From assembly GCA_951406725.2 (NCBI GenBank), contig OX597820.1, positions 62,001 to 126,000 on the forward strand: a stretch of DNA of 64,000 nt, written 5' to 3'. The notes under the pieces were generated by a model, which did no database searches, had not been told where the DNA came from, and was given only the letters and a program-made list of their open reading frames with translations. Origin of the DNA: Octopus vulgaris. Its lineage: Eukaryota. Within the stretch, counting starts at the first letter, position 1, and every line of letters begins with the position of its first letter. Positions 52,785 through 64,000 of this stretch are shown here, piece by piece. Position numbers and translations under genes: made by a program.

Positions 52785-54590
52785 GTAAGTGAATGAGATG
52801 TCTAGAAGAATCTGCAGGTATTGATGTTTCGCCAATCTTAACCGAGGCGAAGCTATGCATAGCTATATGCAGTTGACGCGCTTAAATACCCTGTAGAACT
52901 GTATCAGCTGATTGAAAGTACATTCATTGAAGACTTTTAACGAAGCTACTTTAAAATTTCCTTTAACAATTCATACAGGGAATAGATTTGATATTGTGAT
53001 TGCATGGTGTTAGTTGTACCACATTAGGCTTACCAGACCCAGTTCTTAATTTTCATTCTAATGTTCAAACGGATATTTTGGAGGACCGAACTTAATTTGA
53101 GGAGGGAATCAAAAGACTTCATTTCAGACAAATAGTTGTTTTAGAGAATAGTTGATGCCATTTAGAGTGAGGAAGCATTCTTTTCGTTTCACTTGCATCT
53201 GGTATATCTGGGAGAAAACTATGTTTACAATAACAAAGAATAGTATCAAGGGGAACTGGCTGTGATTATGCTGAAAAAGTAGATTTGTCTCGCCATGTGA
53301 GAAATAAATTCGTGAAATGAAAACCCATTCTTCTTAACTGTTGCCAGTAAATATTTCTGCTGTATAAAGAAGATGGTTGCACTCTTCTATAATTATTGCT
53401 CATGTTCTATTTAGTAAACTCTTCAGGGGTCTGAGGTTTCGTTCTCACATTATAATACTCCAAACGTTCATCACCAGAATATGAGGTGGAATTCACGTGG
53501 ATTTTGTTCATTTAACAACTCCACTGGAAAATTTATAGCTCATCTTCCTCATTCAAATGATCATCATCTTGATTATGATAATCTTCACAATCCCCCTCCA
53601 GCTCATCATATTCGTTACGATCATATTCGTCATATTCGTTACGATCGTCATTTTGGAAACAAAAAAAGATCTTGGGTCCCCACTCAATACACACAGACGC
53701 ATTCAAACAATCTTAAGCAAACACATATATGCATATTTATATATCGTTTTAGAAGCTTCGAAGAAACTATAAGCTTATTCCCAAGCACTCATCTCTGCAT
53801 GCACTGTAACTACTAGAAACTGCAGTGAGCTTATTAAAATTAAATACGCAATTCATGTCCTCTAAAAACACACAAAAACACCCAAACAGAAAGGCATACA
53901 ATGACACATAAACAAACACACACAAATTTATGGTTGCAACTTGATTCCGAAATATGCCACATTTGTTTACTCAACGAAGCAGGGACGTGTATTTTTTAGT
54001 CCTGTTAGGGATCTAAACACTTTTGCGCAATCAAAGACATACTAACGAAGGAGACTTCCTGCTGCAGTTTTTGAGAGACTTACCATCCTCCCTGACTCAT
54101 ACCTTTGTTCTCTCATGAAATTTTCAACTTTGTGTTTTGCCGATCGCAGGCTGTGCGTTTTGGCTGCGTCTGAGGAAAAATAGAAGGAGAGAACCTTTGC
54201 ACATGGCAATTCCGACTCCCTCCCCAAACAGCCAATACATTCCTGCCAAACAAACAACTATTCTACATCATAAGTATTACAAAAGAGAGATGTCACAACC
54301 AAAGCAGTTATATCGCACTCCCAGCCATTGGAGGGCTGTTGATTCTCCTGTGATCACCCGGCCTTTGAAATAGTTTGCTTTTCGACCTGCAGGGAGTTAA
54401 ACGAAGGGTGTCCACCTTACCAAGTACATACATAAATACACACATACACACACACACACACACACACATACATATACATATATACATACATGCATGCATA
54501 CATATCTTATATAAAATTTCTGAGAGACATATAAACAGTAGCAGTACGGAATTGTAAACTATATTTGCCAACTGAATGTGGCGTGCTATA

Positions 54591-55078
54591 CAGGACAGTG
54601 CTACTGTTCTTTATAGCCCCAGGAAGACATCTCCTCCAGCTGAATAACGACACACATTCTGTGCCCGATTAGAATATGCGAAGGAGGGCATCACTCCCAT
54701 CTGAAGCCAAATCACTATATACTTTTCCAGCAACTCACTGTCGATGATCTCGTAAAAGAGAGAGATATGTTATATTAAATCTGAATATGTTATATTAAAT
54801 TTAAAATAACATATCTCTCTCTTTTACGAGATTAGCGACTGTGAGTCGCTAGAAAGGTATATAATAATTTGCGAGTGGAATGAACTTTCATCACTTGCTA
54901 GTGATTAACACATGCTCGGTGGGAGGGGAGGTAATAACCCAGAAACTTGCATCCGTGTGTATGACGTATGGTTAGACATGGGAGCGATGAACCCCCTTGC
55001 AAATACTAATCGGACACAGAGTGTGTGTCATTAGCCAACTGGAGGAGATGTCTTCCTGGTGCTATAAGCACTGTCCTG
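54591..55078. mobile_element. MITE, third copy
   Basis: Same TIRs and TA TSD. Confidence 0.85.
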
Positions 55079-56443
55079 TATATATGTGTATATATATGTA
55101 TACAAACACGCACAAACACATATACATATGTAATTTATATATGTAGTGGAATAGCTGCATAGAAAGGGCCACATAAGTTAGGGACGGGCTTGGAAAGATT
55201 GGCAAAAGGGGACCACAAAAAGCAACACCAAGTTGCAAGAAAATAAACAACGCAACATTTATATCAAAGAAAGGAAGATGAGCAGAGTAAGAAGTTTATC
55301 ATTGTTTTAAGACATCAGAAGTGTGGCATATTCTGAATGGCAAGATTGTTTGGGAGAGAAATGAAAGACATTATTGATGAAGATTCTGTACGGAATAATA
55401 ATCATACTCTTGTTATTCATGAAATGTAAAGAAAGAAAAGCAGACGTGTTATAATGAGAATTTGTTGGATGAAAAGAATAGAAGGGGGATAAAGAGTGTA
55501 TCGGAAGTAAACCCAGTTGAGGGGGCCATCCATCCAAATTTACAGCCGTACAGTGGAGAATGCGATTAAAGATATGAAGGTAGTGAAGGTATCTGATACG
55601 AAATACTCATGAGAGTGGGATGCGGGTTAGTCAGCCCCTAAGTAAATCAACTTGAATAGGAGATTCTTATACCCAGTGACTGATGTGGTAATACCATTTT
55701 CAACTGCTATAAAAGGCAAAGGTAATGTATTAAAGTAAGAATGCTTGAGGTGTTAAACTGTTGGGGCCAGTTATGAAGGTTACAAAAAGAATTACATCTC
55801 ATTTGCTTAGAAAAAGAAAATTAATGTAGACGTGATTTTTGTTTTTATGGTGAGAATAAATACAACTGATGCTGTCTTCTCAGTGAGACAAGAGCAGAAA
55901 TATTCTGCCCAATTCCTTGTTTATTTAGATAATATACATGTTGTTTCTCAGCTCTGTGATCCGTCTGGTTCAAGAATAAGGGTCACAAGAACTAGAGAGT
56001 GACAGGAATACTAGCCTCACTCGAACCCGTACATACATTACATCACAGCTAGAAAGCTATGTATTTGAAATCCTACAAAAAGAGATACACCATTCCTCCT
56101 TTTCTCTCCAATATTCTAAGTCTCTGTCATAACACTACGCTCTGGGTCACACTCACCCAGGAGACATGTGTATGTGTGCCTGAGGGTACATATGTATATC
56201 TTTGTGTGATCTATTGAATTCAAAGTTTCTAACACAATAGCCAGTTTCAATAATTGGATGGGCGTGGGACATATTTGTAAGTATTGAAATTAGCCTTTCA
56301 AATTTCAGATGCACTTGACTTAACACGGTTATATGAAAAGACTTTTTAAGAGAGGAACGTTTCTTGGAAATTTAAATAAAAGAAAACTGATTGTATACAT
56401 ACATACATACACATAGTCATATATGTATACATATGTACGTGTG

Positions 56444-56476
<33 letters not shown>

Positions 56477-56607
56477 TCGTGTATGTGTGTGTGTTTGTGT
56501 ATGTGCGTGTGTATTGTATGTATGCATATACAAAAATGCATTGCATACGTATATATTTATTTATATATTTATATATATATGCATACATACATATATAATA
56601 CACACAA

Positions 56608-56690
<83 letters not shown>

Positions 56691-56691
<1 letters not shown>

Positions 56692-57392
56692 ATTGAGGGA
56701 GATAAATTAATATTAATTTTAATATCAATTTAAAACCAGTAGTCCAGCATTCAAAAAATCTGAGGAGTCAGAGAAAATTCAAATATATTTGTATATTGGC
56801 AGGGCTGGCCTGCTAGGTAGCCGGCCAGAATGCTAGAAATAGATCATCAACGATCAAACTACAAGGGAAATTCTCTAGAGGAAGAATTCAGCGAACACCA
56901 GAACCAAATTTGGCGGGCAGGACATATGAAAAATTAAATAAATAACAGACTTAAATGCATACCTCGGTTTCGGTCTTAACAAAAGAATTACTTGCATAAT
57001 TCAAGTGTCCGTGACTTCTTCAGTACATTCGGTCCTCGAGATGCAAACCGAAAGACTAACCCCAGCTCTCTGTGTCAAGACAGACACGTGCTTAGTCTTA
57101 CTGATTACATCGGGAATAAAATTTCAAATGTCTTGGTTCCGGCGCGCTAAGAGACTCCTGAAGCGAAGGGCTGCAGTGAATAATTCACTGCGGGTAAAGC
57201 TTACTACTAGGGAACGTATTTATTTAAATATTTAAAAATTGAGGGAGATAAATTAATATTAATTTTAATATCAATATCATTGATATTCTTCCTGCATTCT
57301 TCCTCTAGAGAATTTCCCTTGTAGTTTGATCGTTGATGATCTATTTCTAGCATTCTGGCCGGCTACCTAGCAGGCCAGCCCTGCCAATATAC

Positions 57393-57393
<1 letters not shown>
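56691..57393 (-). mobile_element. Non-coding HHR-bearing insertion (retrozyme-like or solo PLE pLTR) in (TA)n
   Basis: Absent at paralogous sites 29075-29125 and 38529-38581. 39-bp direct repeat at 56691 and 57237; 98-bp inverted segment; contains an HHR. Confidence 0.8.
56955..57028 (-). ncRNA. Type I hammerhead ribozyme with long structured stem-loop II
   Basis: AUGUA-CUGAAGA-AGUC...(ACUUG/CAAGU hairpin)...GACC-GAAA-CC-GA-GG-UA-UGCAU; stem I AUGUA/UGCAU. Confidence 0.75.
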
Positions 57394-57481
<88 letters not shown>

Positions 57482-58152
57482 ATGTAAGTTTACGTATAAT
57501 ATAGCAAATAGCGAAACAGTAAAAAAAAAGGGTATCGGGTCATATTATTACATGAGAGGCAAACATGGGGTAGGTTTAAGGGCCTTCGAAACAAAACTGG
57601 ATATCCTCCTGTCAAAATACCAGGTCCTTGCCACTGAAGTACAGACGCTTGTTAGAGGGCAGATATAGATAGGTAGCTCGACCCCAGTACGCAACTGGTG
57701 CTTAATTTATCGACCCTGAAAGGATGAAAGGCAAAGTCGACCTCGGCGAAATTTGAACTCAGAACGCAAAGACAGACGAAATAACGCTAAGCATTTAGCC
57801 CGGCGTGTTAACGTTTCTGCCAGCTCACAGCCTTTGGAGCTTCAATAAATTAAATGACAAATGTGTTCATCTTAATGAGATATCTGTGCGTCATTGGAAT
57901 GTATTGATAGACAGTTGTACAACACGAGTACTACTCTGAGTCTCTGTGACTAGAACCTAGTGGCAGACCGAATCTAGATGAACAATGATTATGTGAAATA
58001 GCAGGTTTTACATCAGAACGCACCTATCCTACAAAGTACTGTGACTACAGCGAGCGTTGCGTCCTTGAGCAAGACATTTTGTTTCACGTTGCTTCGGTCC
58101 ACTGAAATGGCAAATATACATACATACGTACATAAATACATACATACATACA

Positions 58153-58185
<33 letters not shown>

Positions 58186-58192
58186 GAATGTA

Positions 58193-58231
<39 letters not shown>

Positions 58232-58340
58232 ATCACGTGACTGAGAAGGCTATTAGATGTTGCTACATATCGCTGATCACAATGCGCTTCTCCTTGTTTT
58301 AGCCTCCAAATGACGCCACCCCGCTGGCTAAGCGAGCTGG

Positions 58341-58376
<36 letters not shown>

Positions 58377-58899
58377 AAGACATACATATATGTATCTAAA
58401 TATAATACATGCATACATACTAAGAGCCAACATTACGACCGAAAACGTTGCCACTCATAAGAGGAAGAAGTAGTTGTGTAATGTCCCAGTGACAATAGTT
58501 GTGGAAATCAGATGACCATCGGATGTTAACAGAAACCTTAAGATCAGCGAAAAACAAAATACCTACACTTAACACTTAAGGAACGTAGTCATGCATACGT
58601 ATATAATACATACATATATAATACACACACGTACATACATATATATGATCTAAGTTTACGTACAATATATCAAAGAATGAGACAGACATAGAACAGGTAC
58701 CGGCTCAAATTACTACAAAGGACTACAAAGTACAACAAAGGACTGAAAGACCAATTTGGGTTACGTTTAGGTGGATTTGAAACAAAACTAGATCTCTTAT
58801 CCAAGTACAAGGGCGTAGCGATTGTTACAGAAGTTAGCGAAAGGACAGGGATAGACAGATAGTTAGTTAGTTCGTTAGTTAGTTAGTAAGTTAGTCAGT

Positions 58900-59003
<104 letters not shown>

Positions 59004-59131
59004 CATATACACACACACATAAAGACGCGAGCCCGCGCGCAAGCATATGTATATATTGACAGCCTTCTTGTGATATTGGTAGGGTAACATAAATATACGT
59101 ATCTATCTATCTCTACCTTTCTCTCTCAAAT

Positions 59132-59207
<76 letters not shown>

Positions 59208-59312
59208 ATATTTGTACGGCAAACACTAACTTTTTCCGTCGGGGCCATATATTGATATGGATTATGTATAATTGACGAAACACGGTGAGCTTTCATAAAC
59301 TTTAAACTTATG

Positions 59313-59361
<49 letters not shown>

Positions 59362-59502
59362 TAGCAGCATAGCCCGGCGTTGCCCGGGTATGTAAGAGCC
59401 CCTAGTAGGCGACGATGACTCCCAATGTAGTCCTTTCCCTCCAGGGAACGAAGGTGCATGTGGAGGCTGCAATGTCTTCTCTTCACTCGAATACTTCACT
59501 CG

Positions 59503-60200
59503 AATACTCGAATACGAAGTTCCTATATGTCCCTTTGGGCGAAAACATGAAAACATCATTGCGCCTCCCAACGCGTGAACAGCCCACCTAGAGTTGACCG
59601 TGGGCGAAGCACTGTTCGCCCAACTGTAACCCACCGACTTGTAGCGTTTGGCCTTGGGATTTATTGATTGACATTGCGAAGCAGAGTTTAACAGGAAACT
59701 GAGAACGCCTGAAGTGGATTGGTAGGTCAGCGCCCGACGGTTGAAGGTGCATCCGTGGAATGAATACGTCCTCTCCCTTCCCACAACCGGTAAATATTGT
59801 GGCCGTTATTAAATGGGTGGCAAAGTTTCACAACCAAACGTGTGCCGTTGCACTGTTTAGGTGGAACCAAATTCCTGATGAGCATAATGGGCGCACTGAC
59901 TTTTAACTTCAGGATGTGTGGCGGCAGGCCTGGCGGTTCAAGTGAATTCAGGAATTCAACAGGATAATCGGCAAGCTCTGCGGGGTCTGCTGTCCTATCA
60001 ATAGATTTGTAGACGTGGACATCACCAGGAATAGCTTCAAGTAGCTGGATATTGATGGAGTTGACGGTTGTATTTTTGGGTGCGAGAATAGCTCTGCCTG
60101 CCAGCCATTTTAGGTCGCGTAAATTGTTTTGTAGGTCGTAGAAGACAGCGTCCCGGAGGCTAGCTGGAGTGTCGACAATGGTGCAAAGCTCTTTCGTCAA
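59503..60200 (-). pseudogene. Helitron Pif1-family helicase C-terminal fragment, frameshifted near 59820
   Basis: RAILAPKN, YPVEFLNSLEPPGLPPHILKLKV, CNGTRL. Confidence 0.88.
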
Positions 60201-61363
60201 CCTCGAGCGGAGGGAAGATCTGTACGCTGCGACCCTTGCAAGTCGGGTAGAACGGTCGCTAGTAGTTTCAGATGCCTGAGCAGCGGCAGAACGGGAAGCT
60301 TTTTGCGAGAGGCGCAAGGCGGTTTTTATCGTGGGTCTCGCGTGCCCTTCTAGCCCTAGCAGCCGATGCCTTGGCCGTCTGAGGTCTGAGAAGGGTCCTT
60401 CTCTTCTTGGGTGGCATTTTGGTGGATAGCAATGTGTTTGGTAAAGGTGTAATAAAAAGGAACACGTGGGGTAAGTATTTTGGTGGATAGCAATGTGTTT
60501 GGTAAAGGTGTAATAAAAAGGAGCACGTGGGGTAAGTATCCCAAAATGTATAAAAATGTACAAAAACGGCAAAAAAGCGGGCAGCAATGTGAGTGACAAC
60601 AACGAAAAAGTGACCAAACTGAACAAACGAATGGAAAAGTTTTTGTGTTGCACACGACAAAAGCGGCTTATAATAAACCAAGAGTTTGCAAGTAGCGTCC
60701 GAGGACCCTTAGGGTACGTCAAAAATTTAAGGTAAAACGTTTGGGGTGGTAGTTATAAAGAAAGTGTAAACAAAAAAAGTATTCGAATAACTTGCGGCTG
60801 CAGCAGCTATTAGCAGAAGTGGCGGTGTTGGGGGTGAAGTCTCGAATGTAATTTCTTCCTGGTAGGAATTGGTTGGATCGAATTATCGATAGCTAAAAAG
60901 GTCGAGTTGCGTCCCCTAGACAGTCTGGTTTGTGTTTAATACACAAATCGGTTTGCTATGTGTGCCACATATGATTTAATTAACCGATTTTTTCCAATAA
61001 TGTATCCTATTGGAATAAAAAGGGCCATATAGCTCCTTGGAGCAGACATGATGCTCGCTGTGAATTTAAAAAAAAAATTCCTGCCAATTTGTGAAAGATA
61101 TTGTCGAAAATATGTCATCTTGAATTTGAACGCGATTTCCCAAAATGGCATGATTTTATCGATTGTTTCTGATGGTAAGGTATTGCATGGAAAACTAACG
61201 TCAGAATTGAGTTTCTTGGGGTAACATTAAGCTTCCCCATGAGTTTTATGAAAATCGATTGCAAGTTGCGAAAACTACCATAGAAAATGTGTTGCATATA
61301 AAAAGCTTAGATTCTCGACCCCATACCGAGTTTATCGATTTTGTAGGTTGCAATGTCTTCTCT

Positions 61364-61930
61364 TCACTCGAATACTTCTGTGTATACGATGTTCCTAGAT
61401 GTCCCTTTGGGCGAAAACATGAAAACATCATTGCGCCTCCCAACGCGTGAACAGCCCACGTAGAGTTGACCGTGGGCGAAGCACTGTTCGCCCAACTGTA
61501 ACCCACCGACTTGTAGCGTTTGGCCTTGGGATTTATTGATGGACATTGCGAAGCAGAGTTTAACAGGAAACTGAGAACGCCTGAAGTGGATTGGTAGATC
61601 AGCGCCCGACGGTTGAAGGTGCATCCGTGGAATGAATACGTCCTCTCCCTTCCCACAACCGGTAAATATTGTGGCCGTTATTAAATGTGGTGGCAAATGT
61701 TTCACAACCAAACGTGTGCCGTTGCACTGTTTAGGTGGAACCAAATTCCTGATGAGCATAATGGGCGCACCGACTTTTAACTTCAGGATGTGTGGCGGCA
61801 GGCCTGGCGGTTCAAGTGAATTCAGGAATTCAACAGGATAATCGGCAAGCTCCGCGGGGTCTGCTGTCCTATCAATAGATTTGCAGACGTGGACATCACC
61901 AGGAATAACTTCAAGTAGCTGGATATTGAT
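61364..61930 (-). pseudogene. Second copy of the Pif1 helicase C-terminal fragment
   Basis: CNGTRL, FRRSQFPVKLCFAMSINKSQGQTL, HGQLYVGCSRV, NIVYTEV. Confidence 0.9.
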
Positions 61931-62922
61931 GTAGTTGAGAGTTAAAAAGGTCGAGTTGCGTCCCCTAGACAGTATGTGGTTTGTGTTTCTGATTCTCGAC
62001 CCCATGTCTAATTTATCGATTTTTTTCAGAACTGAGGGAACTTTTCAAAATTTTCGCTGCGTTAGTTTTGAATTATGACATTGGGCTATGTGTGTGTCAA
62101 GTTTAATCAGAATCGGTTGAAAGCCGTGGTCAGAGTGAGGGTACAACCAAACAGACATACAGACACACAGACAGACAAACTGCCGTTTATATATATATAT
62201 ATATATACATATACATACACATAAGATGATTGCTCTACCTTGGCAGATGTTTGCCGTTTTCTTTTGCCTCCTGTTTGTCAAAGGCATTTCTGTGTTTCCA
62301 TTCATGACCTCTCAGTTGAAATTTAGTCTCTCTGCCGATCTGCCTTCTTTGAAGCGTAGGTGAGAGACGAAAGTTGTTGTAGCCTACCGTGCGCGTCCAT
62401 TCTTCCACCACCGTAGGAACTTCAGCAGATGAAATGCCGAATGTGGTCATCTTAAAGACATAACTGTGCATCATTTGATTATAGTGAGAGGCACCTGTAG
62501 AATACCAGTACCACTCTGAGTTTCTGTGACTAGAACCTAGTGGCAGACCAAACAGAGAGGACTTTTAATCAGGTCAAACAGCAGGTTTCCATCAGTAGGC
62601 ACCTCTGATGCAACCAAGTGATCCGTCCTTTTTAGTGGTTTTACTGCATGCCGTGACATCAACCAAGGTTATTTCTGCATTTCCGCGCTCCGATACAATG
62701 TCATTACTTATATTAGTTAACTTATATTTGGACCTTGACCTTTGCTACAACTCCGTCCGGATCAGAGTAGCGCGGGGGACTATAGTGGCTCCGAGGTGAT
62801 TCCAGATTCTACAAACTCTGGAACTCCCGAACAAAACACCCCACTACTGGATGCAGTTTGAGTTATACCCAGCACATAGATCTAGATATATGATCATACA
62901 TACATACATATATTTATACATG

Positions 62923-63096
<174 letters not shown>

Positions 63097-63536
63097 CATG
63101 TATGTATGTCTGTATGTATGTATGTATGCATGAAAAGAAGCATATAAGGCGTTGTGTCAAAAGAGATGTGGTGAGAGGTGAAATCGATTGAGAAAAGCAA
63201 TTAAAAATGTATACGACTCATAAAAATGATTCGTAAATTTCATTGGTTGACAGAAGTTAGATCCTGCTTGACTGTGCTATAAAATTGAATGCATTACTTT
63301 AATTTCTCAATTTTTATTAAAAGTAGCGAACGCAAACCATCAGAGTAAATATTTTTTGTTTTAAATGACCAACCGAATATTGCCTTTTTTCTTAGGTAAG
63401 TCTCTAATTTTTTCTTACTCCGTTCTTTTCATATGTCACAATTTTGATGTAGCAATGAAAATAGATGCCTTGCATTACGATTGATATATTAATATATCCT
63501 CAGCCCCGAAATTTCAGGCTTTGTACCTTTAGTTCA

Positions 63537-63606
<70 letters not shown>

Positions 63607-63720
63607 GAGTGAGAGAGCAGTTCATGCCATCAAAGTGACACTGGGGTAAAATATACGAAGCCCAATATACCCATCATGACTACCCGTCAGATAAAGGTAC
63701 ACCAGGCACATGCATCACAA
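63607..63720 (-). mobile_element. Short retroposon 3' end with (AAT)n tail inside the ATT microsatellite
   Basis: Flanked by (ATT)n; absent from the paralogous tract at 17281-17536. Confidence 0.55.
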
Positions 63721-64000
63721 TTATTATTATTATTATTATTTTAAGACTGGCGAAATCGATTTTACATTTGATCCTTTCGGGGTTGATAAATTATGTACCA
63801 GTTAAACACTGGGGTCGATGTAATCATCTAGTCCCCACCACCAAAATTAGGAAAAAAACAGCCCATTTGTATTTAGAAGTAAGGATTATTATTTCCTCTA
63901 CGCACAACAGATTAAACTGGAACAAGAAAAGTTCCTAACATCGGGCTACAGCAAGTAACCTTATATGCGAAAAACCTTCCTAAGTATCCTAGCTGTCCCT

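Larger units (their letters stand above)
59361..62190 (-). mobile_element. Internally deleted and rearranged Helitron in (TA)n
   Basis: 3' end on the minus strand CCCGGGCAACGCCGGG hairpin + CTAG|T; (TGTC)n-like repeat near the 5' end; Pif1 helicase fragments. Empty sites at 16441-16505 and 44990-45040. Confidence 0.9.

Overview
Eukaryotic, AT-rich, microsatellite-dense genomic DNA made almost entirely of repeats. The tRNA-SINEs and the (TA)n/(ATT)n/(TATG)n landscape resemble octopus/cephalopod DNA (inference, not searched). No host gene is confidently recognisable, and most short ORFs in the track are microsatellite or antisense artefacts. The window is a recent tandem segmental duplication of a roughly 10-kb backbone in about four unequal units, each with different insertions and deletions, so filled and empty sites can be compared inside the window. 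Insertions sit in microsatellites. In (TA)n: CR1-group LINEs, at least three Penelope-like (PLE) families, a solo LTR, a deleted Helitron and RTE 3' ends. In (TAA)n: R4/Dong-clade LINEs. Four distinct hammerhead ribozyme (HHR) families are visible, three with variant cores (two U3-A8, one CUGAUGCG). The best candidate for something new is a non-coding, HHR-bearing, terminally redundant 546-nt unit at 56691-57393 that looks like a retrozyme or circular-RNA-derived insertion. Nearly all large elements lie on the minus strand, as expected for a uni-strand piRNA cluster or an intron of a plus-strand transcript.
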